From Geosiphon pyriformis uo1 (taxonomy: Eukaryota > Fungi > Glomeromycota), in contig JAAOMT010000303.1 of NCBI GenBank assembly GCA_016748015.1, positions 248,001 to 312,000 on the forward strand: a DNA stretch of 64,000 bases, written 5' to 3'. Of this stretch, positions 12,301 through 24,899 are shown in pieces. Position 1 is the first letter of the stretch. Every line of letters begins with the position of its first letter. Both the position numbers and the translations under genes were made by a program. A model generated the notes under the pieces. That model made no database searches. It saw only the letters and a list, made by a program, of their open reading frames with translations, and was not told the DNA's origin.

Positions 12301-15300
12301 GGAATGATGAAAGGAAAAAAAAACAAAGAGAAAAACATACCTGGAGAACCACCATTGATGCATGGACTGATAATAACCAAAGCAAGTTATCACTGATAAT
12401 AAGCTGAGAGAAAAAAGAAAAAGGAAAAGAAAAAGAGGAAGAAAACAGCTCTAAAGAAGCCACCACCAAAAAAATCAATAGTGGCTGGACAAGTTCATAC
12501 TCCATTCACCAGTCATTGCCACAACCACTCTATATTTCACTTAAATACAAAGACTGTGAGAAAAAACTCTCTTCTATGGAAGCATAGATTGCGCCAGACA
12601 AGAACCACTGGACATGAACACATTATTACTGCAAACCATGCCATCATGAACGCTATAGATATTCAAAGTGCCAAGGAAAGTGGGACAATAAACCATGTCT
12701 TGCTTGTGGCAAACAATTGCTCAATAAAGGAATATGGAATGACATTCCTGGTCGAGAAAGAATGTGCGATGCTTTATGCTAGTACACGATCCTTATTAGC
12801 AACTGGATAAGTTGTGGTACGCCCATAACAGCAGCCTGACACTAAGCACTTGATCACTTAGATGGTTACTCACATGACAAAGATGAGATCTGGCAGATGG
12901 CAAATGCCAAAGTTAAAGGAACCACGCCTAGTGAAATACTGAAAATTAAGAACAATCCCTCTGAACTAGTCAATATTATTTGCATTCCCAACTCAGATGC
13001 TTTCATGGATAAGAAAACAGATCCAGAAGACTTCCACAAATATTACCAAAATTTGGCACCAATAAGAGAGGAGCAAGAGCAGTGGTTAGAGCAACTAAAT
13101 ACCTGATTATGTGATCACTGTTTGATTCCATGTGACTTTCAGTATTGTAATGAGTGTGACCTCATTTACAATCTACCAATCCGCATGATCTACACAATCT
13201 CAGAGGAAAAAAAACCAATCAGCAACTGTGCATCAGAATCAGAATCAATTTTTGATCCCAACTCAAACTCCGACAACAATGATAACAAAAACACTAGTTC
13301 TAGCTCCATTCAATATGGAAATAGCGATTTGAACTCAAATTCAAACCCCGAAACATTTATAGTACTCTCTGATCTCACCAAAAAGCAAGAGTTAAAGTGG
13401 TTCAGTGACAATAATGAAGGTATCATGTCAGAACATGCACATAATACTGATGCAGAGTTTGATCTAAGATATCCTGGAAAAGATGCCATCAAATTGAAAC
13501 CACATTTGCACACTTGCATAGATCTGAAAATTGTCATGAAAATACTGGCAACTATAATGGTTCAATTAGCTTCTAGAAATAGTTTAGTGAAAAAGAGAAT
13601 CCACATTAAAGGAGAAATAATTGATGCAGAATATGTAGGAAATATCATTGCTATGCTACAAAATGATTTAAAAAAGACTTATATCATAGAACCAAATAAA
13701 AAGATAGCACAGGCAATATTCCTGCCTTTGGTCAAAATATTTCAGTTAGTGTCAGTAGAAAACAGGGAAGAATTAAGGATGACAGCAAGAGGGATATAGG
13801 GATTTGAATCAATGAGTAGAATAGAGATACCAGTTAATATGGCCAAAAAAGAAGTTATTGACAAGGGAGAAATTATCTTCACCTGTCAATCAATTTCTAT
13901 TCTACCATATGACTAGTATATAGTAGTAATAAAAAGGAAAATGAAAGATTAGAACCAGATTTTTGAAGCAGAAGCAGCACTTTGTAAATCAGGAGAAATT
14001 GGACTCATCAATCTATACATACCAGCCAAGAACTATAGCCACATCAAAATTCCCATCTACAACAACACCAGAAAGATTGTAGAAATACCAAAAGAAATCA
14101 TCATAGGACATTTAATTACTGAAATAGAAGACCAACCACCAAACCCCATTCCAGATTTTTCACAGCTTTGTGGATATGTTGACATTATATCACAAACAAT
14201 ATATAGACAAAATGAGTGCTATTTGCTCCAACCCAAACAATTGGAACAAATAAACATAAGGAATTTAGACCCACTCCAATGCATACAGTTGAAGATGTTG
14301 CTCAATAAGTTTAATGACATTTTTGCCAGTGAGAATGAATTTGGCAGAACTAACATCATCCAGCATTAGATCAAAACTGGAGATGCTATGCCAATAAAAC
14401 AACAAACATACAGAGTACCACCCACCAGCCATGAGATTATTCATCAAGAAATCAACCAGATGCTCGACAACAGGCTAATTCAGCCATCAATGAGCCCATG
14501 GTCATTATCAGTAGTACTTGTCCATAAAAAGAATGGAAAGATCCGATTTTATGTAGACTACTGGAAACTCAATAGAGTAACTCGTGGAGACAGTTATCCA
14601 ATTCTATGGATCCAGGAATTATTTGACACTTTTGGTGAAAAGAAATAGTTCTCAACATTAGACTTAGACAGTGATTATTGGCAAGTAGCCATGGATCCAG
14701 AAGATAAAGAAAAGACAGCTTTTATGACAAGAGAAGAGAATTTTGAATTTAAAGTTATGCCATTTAATTTGACCAATGCACCAGCAACGTTTCAATGGCT
14801 AATGAAAATAGTATACATAAGCTTACTATGGAAATCAGTAGTAGTCTATTTGGATGACACCAACATATTTTTAAAAACATTTGATGATCATCTCTATCAT
14901 CTACAGCAAGTGTTCGAAAGACTCAAATGAGTAGGATTGAAACTAAATGCTACTAAGTGTTACTTTGGCAAGACAGAGCTAAAATTCTTGGGACATGTAG
15001 TCAGCCAAGATAGAATCAAAATGGATCCAGAAAAGATAGAAATAGTCAAGAACTTTTTAGTATTAACCAATGTGATGGAGTTAAAATCATTCTTGAGATT
15101 TGCAGACTATTATCGACACTTTATCAAAAACTTTTTTAAGATAGCCCAACCACTCAATCATCTTCAAACCAAGAATGTGAAATATGAATAAATAGAAACA
15201 CAACAAAAAGCATTTGATATTCTAAGAAGAAAGCTTATACAAGCTCCAGTATTAATTTATCCAGATCACAACAAACCATTCATTATTACCACCAATGCAT

Positions 15301-15650
15301 CAGGCCAAGCATTAGGAACAGTACTATTACAGAAAAGACTGGATGGAAGAGAACATCCAGTCACATATGCCAGCCAAGATTTAACTCCAGCTGAAAGAAA
15401 TTATAGAACACCAGAATTAGAACACTTGGCAATTTATTGGGCAATCATAAAATAGAGTGAATACTTGAGCCAGAAGTTTGATGTATACATAGATCATAAG
15501 GGATTAACAGCACTTCATAAACAGGAATTTGAAGACAGAAGACAGTCAAGATGAAAAATGGCACTATCACCATATACTTATACTATACATTATAAAAAGG
15601 AAAAAGACAACGGAAATGCCAATAGTTTGTTACGAATGAGACAAATCTAA
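9330..15650 (+). pseudogene. Gag-protease-Cys-rich-dUTPase-RT-RNaseH polyprotein, interrupted by stops
   Basis: ORF-track fragments at 9375, 11565, 12897, 13122, 14388, 14691 and 14937 are all in one frame. Motifs: CHNCGK knuckle, LILDSRS, FNLTNAPATFQ, VYLDDT. Ends LLRMRQI*. Confidence 0.92.
13390..13820 (+). pseudogene. dut: Trimeric dUTPase domain within Gypsy pol
   Basis: DAEFDL / ASRNSL / GEIIDAEYVG / KIAQ / RGI*GFESMS correspond to dUTPase motifs I-V. Confidence 0.9.
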
Positions 15651-15680
15651 AAACATTTCAACCCAAAAATATAACAAAAC

Positions 15681-17063
15681 ATGAATATACAAAAATACTA
15701 ACAACTTTAACATTATATAAATACTCAATTGTTCAAGGAGAAATTATCTCAAAAAGAACAAAACAATATAAAACAGCAGTCAAAACATTTTATCAATCAC
15801 CAAAACATACTATACTGAAAAAACAGAAAAAATCTAGATCAACCAACCAAAGTAATTACAGAACCAGAAAAGGAGACAATATTGTTTAACATGCATTCAG
15901 ATCCAACAGCAGGACATTTTTATAAAGAAGCAACAATGAAAAGAACCAAAAAAAGATACTATTGGCCATCAATGTATCTAGATATTATTCAATATATTTA
16001 AAATTGTGATGCTTGTCAAAGAAGAGGAGAAACAAAACCCAGTGAACCATTAAAACCAATCAAAGTGAAACAACTATTCAATCACATTAGAATTGACTTA
16101 GTCAGACCATTAACAATCACAAGTAGAGGCAACAGATATATTGCAGTAGCCATGGATTATCTTACAAAATGGCCAGAAGCAAAAGCCATTCAAAGAGCAA
16201 ATGCAGAATCCATTGCCAAATTTGTTCATCAAGATTTGATCTGCTAATATGGATGTCTAAAAAAACTATTATCAGATCAAGGAACTCACTTTGTGAATAG
16301 AACATTGGCAGAATTAAGTCAAAAATTTGGGATAAAAAGACCATTATTATCACCATACCATCTACAAACAAATGGATTAATTGAAAGATTTAACAGAACA
16401 TTGTGTAAAGCCATTGCCAAAATCAGCCAAGAAAACCAAAACAAATGGGACTTGATTATACCATTAGTATTATTTGCTTATTGAACAATAAAATAAGACA
16501 CTACACAAGCAACACCATTTGAATTGGTATATGGTAGAACAACAATATTACCAGTTGAGATAGAAGTCAACACATATCTAACTGAACCAATAACTAAAAA
16601 AAATTTCTAAGAAACATTGTTAAGAAGAACATATGACTTAATAGAAACTCTAGAAAACAAATGGCAAAAAGCAGCTGACAATATTCAGAAGTCACAAGAG
16701 AAACAAAAAGAAAAGCATGATAACCAACTACCAAAGAAACCAGTAGAATTCAGGATTGGAGACAAAGTACTTCTATATTGTACCAAAGCAGAAAAACAAT
16801 GGAGTAAAAAATTTGACCCCAAATAGGATGGACCATTTCACATAGAAGAAATTATGAGAAATAGAGCTTATAAATTAAGATTGAACAACAAAATCTTGAC
16901 AAAAGCAGCACATGGAGATTGACTAAAACCATATTACAATATAGCATCATTACCCACCAGTAATATTCCACAATTAGAAGTACAAAGAATACTAGTCCAA
17001 TTAGATGAGATTCTATGAGATTTAGAACCAATTATACTCATTAAAACAAATACGTCAACCTGA
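15681..17063 (+). pseudogene. Integrase ORF (HHCC-DDE-GPF), separately initiated
   Basis: ATG at 15681; MHSDPTAGHF...CDACQ; IDLV; SDQGTHF; QTNGLIERFNRTL; DGPF; 461 codons to TGA; no chromodomain seen. Confidence 0.9.
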
Positions 17064-17116
17064 CCTACTGAAAAACTATATAAGAAACCAAAGTATGCAA
17101 CAAAGACAACAGAAAA

Positions 17117-17752
17117 ATGGAAATTCCAGACCACATTTATCAACTTGCTCAACAATTATTTCAAGCTGTAAATTAACAACAGCTAAACATGGAAATTGTT
17201 ATTAACCACCAAACAATTTGTTATTGAAACACTAAGAAAAAGACAAAAAATATGCCATATCAATGACTACCAAAGAATAACAAAAACTGGTCAGACAAAA
17301 TTGTTAAAAAAGTAAAACACACTTTTAAAAAGATATTCATCACAGATCCAACAGAACAATTAACAAAAGAAAATTAGAAACAATAGACAGAACAACTTCC
17401 AATAGCATACTATTACTATCAGTTGGGTCAAAAAGTAAATATTCAGAAGTTGTATCTTAACAAATCCAAGAGAATATTTAACCAAAACATCATACAACAA
17501 ATCAAAGAATTTATCAGAAAGAAGACAAATGCAACATTACACATTAGAACAATTTACTAACTACATGCCATATTTCAGAATTACTCCGAAATACTGTTAC
17601 ACTTCAACATGGAGACAATAACTATCAACCAATGGGGAAGAATAAACAACACACAAGTCAAAAACATGCAAGCCAAAATTGAACAAACAGTACTTGAAAA
17701 AGAAGTCTTAGACTTAATTCAAAATGAAAATTTTAATAGAGCTCAATATTAA
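17117..17752 (+). pseudogene. Third ORF (unknown function) between integrase and PPT
   Basis: MEIPDHIYQLAQQLFQ...ENFNRAQY*; homologous to 39054-39701; ATG-to-stop distance is a whole number of codons. Confidence 0.75.
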
Positions 17753-17764
17753 AGGAAAAAATAA

Positions 17765-18667
17765 TGTTACTCATAAAAAATGGGTATAAAAAAAGTAGTA
17801 AAAAAACCATATAAGAAAATAAACCAATAAGAGATTAGTATTTAACACATGAGCACATTGCTTAGCAATGTGAAGCAATGTTAGAAATCATGGCACATTG
17901 CTTAGCAATGTGGAGCAAGATAGAGCAATGTCAGAAATTAGGACACATTGCTTAGCAATGTGAAGCATTGTCAGAAAACACGGCATATTGTTCAGCAATG
18001 TGAGCATTGTTCAAGAAATCATAGCACATTGCTCAGAAATGTGAGTGATCTCATAGAACCCAAATTATGTATATATAGTGATAATGTTAAAAGTAAAAAA
18101 GACAGACCTCTGAAGTTTAGATTTGATCTAAGCAATCTTCCAACATAACAATCATCTAATAAATCATTATTTTCTATCTCAATTTATGTCCCACTATCAA
18201 TATCTCATGTTGATAGTAATTAATACTTAACTATACTGGAACAATAGCTCTTGATCACGGCTATTGACAGGATACTAACTTGTCTATTGCCTTGGCTTAT
18301 TTCTTTATTTTATTTTATTTTATTTTATTTTCTTAATTTTTATTACTAACTCTATTGAGAATTAATGCACAGAGTACTGATGTCAGAATATAGCACTGGT
18401 AAAAGACCCAAGAATAAGAATAGAACACTTGATTGAGAATAGCTTACTAAAAGGAATACCAGCCATCAAACTGAAAAAAAAATTGACAAAACTGTGGTTT
18501 TGAGAAGCTATGGATAAAACTATTACAACTGAATTTCTATCCATTATACAAAAGATTCAACCAAAACCTTTAGATAAACACACCTTCAGATTTCCATCAT
18601 CGACAACTTTGAGCACCAAGTTATGGATTTGTTATTCTCTTATAAACCCAACAAATCATCTGTAACA
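17765..18667 (+). repeat. 3' LTR (family B)
   Basis: TGTTA...TAACA, preceded by a purine tract and followed by TSD ATGC. Confidence 0.95.
17854..18043. repeat. Five copies of palindrome CACATTGCT-N-AGCAATGTG at 40-50 bp spacing in LTR U3
   Basis: Copies start at 17854, 17894, 17944, 17984 and 18025; an equivalent array lies at ~8544-8720. Confidence 0.9.
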
Positions 18668-18671
18668 ATGC

Positions 18672-21300
18672 CAACAAACTTACCAAGTTTTATTTAAAAA
18701 CCACCAATTTATTTAAAAAAAAGTTTGATACATATTTAACAATAAGCTTATTTAACTATTAATAAGTCTATGAGCTTTATTAGTGGTTAAAAAAAATAGA
18801 AAAATCTGTTTTTGTATTAATTATTGTTAATTAAACAGTATTATAATTAAAGATGTTTATTTTTTATCCAAAATTAATAATATGCTAGATGTTTTTAACA
18901 AATCAAAATACTTTTTAATATTAAATCTAGAAAATGAATATTATTAAATTGTTATGAATTTCAAAGACTGTTCAAAAACAACTTTTACTATCCAAAAAAA
19001 ATTATAAGTTCAATATAATGTTTTTTGAATTATGTAATATACCAGTAATATTTTAAAAACTTATAAATATTACCTATGTTGAATTTTTTTAGCAGTTAAT
19101 AATTGTTTATCTTGATAATATTAATGTCTATTTATCATTATTTAAAGCTTATTTAGTTTACTATAAGAAGTTTTTTAATAATTATAAAAAGCAAAATTAA
19201 AGTTTAACATCAAAAAATATTATTTTAGAAAGATTAACTTGGTCTTTTACAGTTATATTGTCAATAGAAAAGAAGTTAAATTTGATTCAGAAAAAATTGG
19301 TGTGATTAAAAATTTTAAAATCTTTTAAAATACTACCAAATTAAAAAAATTTACAAAATTAATATATTATTATCAAAAATTTATTAAAAAATTTTCTAAA
19401 ATTGCTAAATCACTAAATTACTTAACTAATAAAAATATAGAATATAAATAGACTTTGAAATAGCAAAAAGTCTTTGATATCTTCAAAAAAAACTAATAAT
19501 AACTTCAATTTTAGCTTACTCTGATTTTAGCAAAAGATTTTAACTGGTTATAAATACTTTATACACAGTTTTTAGTGCTATTTTATTTTAATTAAATAAT
19601 AATAACAAAAAATAAATAATCATTTGTGTTAATAAAACATTAAAACCAACAGAAAAAAATTATTTAGTTACTAAATTAAAAACAACAAAAGTAATTTGGA
19701 TTTTTTATTATTTTAATCTATATTTTAAATTTAGAGAAATTAATAATATTATTAATAATATTAAATTTAAATGGCTATAAAACAAAAATTCCAAATTAAA
19801 TACCAAACAAACTTATTAAAATAAATTTTAGCAAACTACAAATATGTTGTATATGATAAATTAAAAAAATTACACACAATATTAATTGTTTCTCTAAAAT
19901 AAAACAAGATTAAAAATTACAATTACTATTTAATTCAATTAACAATAAATTCTAAAAATTATAACAATCTTAAACAATACTTAAAAATACTTATTATACC
20001 AGAAATTTGGTCTTTTAGTAAAAAAACATTAATTATAATACCAAATAAAACAATGTTTCTTATATAACAATTTTATTTATTACTAAAATTACAAAATTTA
20101 AACAATTTATTTAGAGTAATTTAAAAACATAAAAAAAACAATTTTATATAACATGTATTTAAATTTCTTATTAGCACATTTTAAAAAAGATAGTAAAATC
20201 CAAAAAACATTAAAATACTATTTTTGATCTTAAATAAAAAGAAATATTTATTAATATATTAAATTTTATAATAGTTATCAAAAAAAACACATTTTATAAA
20301 GCTCTTAAATTCAATTAAAGTTGGACAACTTTTTGATTAAGTTAGTATTAATTTAATAAAACCATTATTTATCACAAATCAAGAAAACCAATATATTGTA
20401 ATTATAGTAAATTATTTGACAAATGGCCCAAAGTCAAAATAATTTAATAAAATAATATAAAATCAATAAAAAATTTTATCTATAAAGATATTATTTGTAA
20501 ATATAAATGCTTAATTGAATTTTTATTTGATTAGAAAACATATTTTATAAACAACTTAATACAAAAAATTTGTAAATAATTTAATATCAAAAAACTTTTA
20601 TCTTTATTTTACTATTTACAAATAAATAATTTGTAAAATGTTTTAATAAAACACTTTATAAATCATTAACCAAGATTTTAACAGATTTTGAGCAAGAATA
20701 AAATCTTTTTATTCTATTAACTAGTATATAAAACACTAAAACAAGATATAATAAAACATATATTATTTAACCTAATTTATAATAAAACAGTAATATTACT
20801 AATTAATTTTACAATAAAACTCTATTTAGTTTAATTAATTACAGAAAACAATTTTCAAAAAACACTATAAATAAAAAATTATATATTTTTTAATATACTA
20901 AAAAATAATAATAAATTACAGTTAATTATATAAAATATTCTTAAACTTAAAAAAAAAACAATAAAATGAAAAATTTGATTATAAATAGAACAAATTATTT
21001 TATATATACAAAATTCTAAAAAATAGATTATACAAGTTAAAACTTGATAATAAGGTTTTAAAAAAAATTGTACATAATAACAGACTTAAACATTATTATT
21101 TCAAAACCAATCATGAACTCTTAATTTTACAATTTGATATACAATTTTTCTTGGTTAATTTTGAAGATATTCTTTAAAACTTAAAACCAATAGTTATTAT
21201 TAAACAATTTCTAAATCTGAATATTTAAAATTATTTTATTTTATTTTACACTTATTTAATCAAAACAATTCTACCAAAAATATTTAAAAATTACATAAAA
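18672..21300 (+). mobile_element. Right part of the older eroded Gypsy (RT, RH, IN relics)
   Basis: Relics: KICFCINYC*LN, VYLDNIN, FSKIKQD*, YLTNGP-like IN segments; extremely AT-rich. Right end approximate. Confidence 0.8.
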
Positions 21301-21848
21301 AAACAAAAACAAAAATAATATAAAAACTTATATATCAAAAATAATTTTTATTTTATTTATTTTTTAGTTAGTTATTATAATTATTTCTCAAAATATTCAA
21401 TAATTATTTCAAAATTTAATGTTAACTTTAAAAATACTATTCAAATTATTTATAATTATTATTAAAAAACATATTAATTATATTTAAACAAAATCTGTTA
21501 CAATTTTAATCACAAATTTACAAAATTACCATTTTTATAAAAAAAATAAAAAAAATTATTCTGAAATTTACTTATCAGAACTTTTAAAACAAGCTTTAAA
21601 AAAATTTAATATTTATATCTATTAATATTCTACCAAATATTACAATTTAACAAAAACCTTAACAGTATCTTAATAAATAAAACAACAATATCTTTTAATT
21701 TATAGATATTTTTATATTAAAAAAACATTATAATTAAATAATAAAAACTCTTTCATTGATCTCCTGGCCACAATAAGAGCTAAAAATAATTAAAAGAAAT
21801 ACACTTTTTTTTTCTTTCTCTCTAGTTTTTATAGTTATTTCTTTTAAC

Positions 21849-23822
21849 ATGATCCCTTTTGTTGCTATGGATTTAGTAGGCTTTTCTGTTGGTGGTTCTG
21901 GTTCTGTTTTGGCTGGATTGAGAACCCAATTTGGCACTAAAAAAAAAGTGTGCATAGAAAGTATATACTTTTGTGGTCCCTCATACAAAAAATCTAAGAA
22001 ATCTAATGTTGCTGGTAGTATGATAAACTTGTCAGCTGAACTTTTACCTGTTGATGTCTTACAAGCTGTCTATGGTAAATGCAAAGTGTCTTGGAGTAGT
22101 AAAGTGAAAAACAAAAAGACTAGTGTTAGTGAAATATCTAATGTTGAGAACATAAACAACATGATAGCTGAGAAAATGAATTACATAGATTCAAATGCTT
22201 CTGAAACTGATAATATAGTAGATAATGCAACTTCAAAAAAGATGCATACAAGAATGTTTGTTTTGAGTAAGCTGCTAAAAATGCTTTTTTTTAAGAATTT
22301 AAGTAACAATAATGCTAAAATAGTGTTGCTTGTGTCTAAGTTTCTTGAATCTCATAATCTATTATTGGCTGAATCATGGAATAAGAAAGTTAGAAATTTT
22401 AATTTTGCTAAATCATTTGCATTAGATATAGAGCTATTGGCAATATCTAGAAAGACTAATAGTAATAAATTATTTGTAATCAAGAAAATTTTCTATTGAA
22501 TTGATGGTTTTGGAGGGGCTTTCACTCTCTCAAAATTTCTAAGAATCATTAAGTTATCTTTTACATCTGAATTTAGTTTGAATAAGACAAAGAGTTTGGT
22601 TATCAGTGAAAAAATCTTGGTTAATAGTGACATAAAGAAAGTAAACAGCTGTTTAAATTGGGAATTAATTATCAAAAAAATCCCAGTAAATTTTCCCAAA
22701 TCAGCTGTGAAATCTGTGTTTTCCAAATTTGGCAAGATTATCTCTATCAAAATGCAACTAATTGGTCTATGGCAAAAGACTTTGGTAGAATTTAAGTCTT
22801 TAGATATGACTAACTCAGTTGCTTTTAAATAGTTGGTTTTCATGGAAAAGAATTTGGTGTGTATAGCCTTGGCAGTTAATAATAAAAAATCATGAATGGT
22901 AAGAGATTGTCATCAGGCTTTGTTGTATACTCTTCTAGTTGGGACTACAGCTCATAATTTGTCTGATTTATTGAAATTATATGGTAGAAAAACTTGTTTT
23001 ATTGGCTGTAATCTTATTTTATATGTGTATAATAGATGTGCAATAGTGTGTTTTGTTGATGAAACATTTAAGTTGGCTGTTATTGATTCTATTCTGGTGT
23101 TTAAGAGTGTGAATTTGTATTGGACTGGTCTCTCTTTAGTCTGTTGTGTCTATTGCAAACAATTTAGTCATGTTTTTGTTGATTGCTTAATAGGTAGAAA
23201 TTTCAGTAATCATAATAAGCAGATAGTGTTTTCTCAGAATTAGATTTGTTTGGCCAATATTTATAAGAAAAAACAGGTGTTTATCTCTCATCTGGTTTTT
23301 TTCAATGACAAAACTTGGGCTTAGATTGCTGGTAGTGCCTCTTTTTATGTAGTTTCATTGGTTTTTTTTGGTGTTGATTTATCTTCAGGTGCAAAACCCA
23401 TTTTAATTGTTTTTGGTCTTCTAGGTGTTTTTTGTTTGACCAACTGTTTGGATTTTTTGAAGTGCTCTTTAGAGCTTTTGACTAATCAGATGTTTGGAAT
23501 TTTGAAAAAATTGAGTTTTGTTGAATTGATACTCTTGGTATTCTCTTTTTATGTCTTTTCTCCAGTCACTTCTGTGTCTTTGGTTTCTGATTTTGATTCG
23601 AATATGATTCTGAATAATGTGTTAGCATTATCTGCTTCTTCTTTTTCAGTTGTTGTTGATGTGGTTGCAGACTTCAGCTCAAGTAGTTTTAAAGTTCTGA
23701 CCACCAAGATGGGTAATTTGGAGTTGAAAATAGTAGCTTTGAAAGTATCAATTGGTTTAGTTTTAAAAAAGTTGGATTGTTTGTGTTTTGGTTTGGGTTT
23801 GTCAACTCTCTTTTTATCTTAA
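21849..23822 (+). pseudogene. LINE ORF1 (RRM-like, zinc knuckle, C-terminal coiled-coil-like)
   Basis: In-frame ORF fragments at 21849, 22578, 22896 and 23358. Confidence 0.8.
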
Positions 23823-24899
23823 TAAGTAAATTGGTTTGGAAAATTGTTATGTATAATGTTTGAGGTATTAATATCTCTGCCAAGCAGAAGGATGTTGTTC
23901 ATTGATATGTAAGTTCAGGTAATTTGGTATTTTTTGTTATGGAAACTAAGTTGTGATTAAGTGTCAAATCATAGATTTCTAATAAGTTTGAGAATATATA
24001 TATCTTTATATTTGGGTTGGAAAAGGGTTTTTTTGGTGCTGAAGTAGTAATTATTATGAACAATTCTTTGGCTCATCATGTTTCTAAGATGGAGAAGATT
24101 CCTGGTCGAGTTATTTTGGTATGGCTTCTGTTCAAAGGCAAGCTCTCAGTTATGGTTCTGGGTGTGTATGCTGGTGTTTCATCTGAGACTAGATTTAAAC
24201 AGACTTTAGCAGTAAACTTTTTTATTGCTAAGGCTGTTAACTCCAGTACTTTTGTGGTTTTGGGTGGTGATTTTAATGAGAGTAGATTTGGGAAGAGTGC
24301 GAGTTTTAGGTTCTGTTTGAATTTGGATTTGGTTAATTCGTTTTCTGATCATTATTTAGCCAATGCTTCTATATGGAGCAATTCAAGAGAGGTTAAGAGA
24401 ACTATTGATTACATTTTTGTTAGTAAAAATTTGTCTTCAGCTGTTATTGGTCATAAGCTTGGCTCTGTTGCTGGTTTCTTTAACACTGATTATAAAGCTG
24501 TTATAGTATTTATTGGCTTGAGTAGACTTTTGGATGTTCATCTGAATAGCTTGTGCAAGTAGACTAACAAGAACCATTAGAAGTTTAAAATTAAGAATGT
24601 GGATAACACCAAATAGACAGAATTTAGAGAGTGCTTTATGGCTAAGTTGTTAGTAATGAAAGATAAGTTCTTAGTGGCAGCAGCTTGTAATTTGAATACA
24701 ATGTAAAAGTTATTAAAGGGAGTAATAGTAGAATTAGCTAATAAAACATTTTCTAAATATTGGTTTAGTGTCTGTTAAAGTGTGGGAAACAAATGTTTTT
24801 CAAAATTTTTTGGGTTAAAATTGTTAGTTGTCAAGATTATTAAGAGATTAGGCTTGAATAATATGCTTAGTTTTAAGTGTTTCATTAAGAAATAGTTAA

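Larger units (their letters stand above)
8453..18667 (+). mobile_element. Full-length Ty3/Gypsy LTR retrotransposon, family B, dUTPase-bearing, degenerate
   Basis: Paired LTRs 8453-9312 and 17765-18667, TSD ATGC on both sides, PBS at 9315, PPT ~17751-17760, and gag/PR/dUTPase/RT/RH/IN motifs. Confidence 0.97.

Noticed and set aside
16940-17063. Chromodomain at the integrase C-terminus
   Set aside because: Only ~45 aa follow the RLKPY motif, and no aromatic-cage pattern is visible.
17117-17752. ORF3 as an envelope gene
   Set aside because: It is short and hydrophilic, with no signal peptide, furin site or transmembrane anchor evident.
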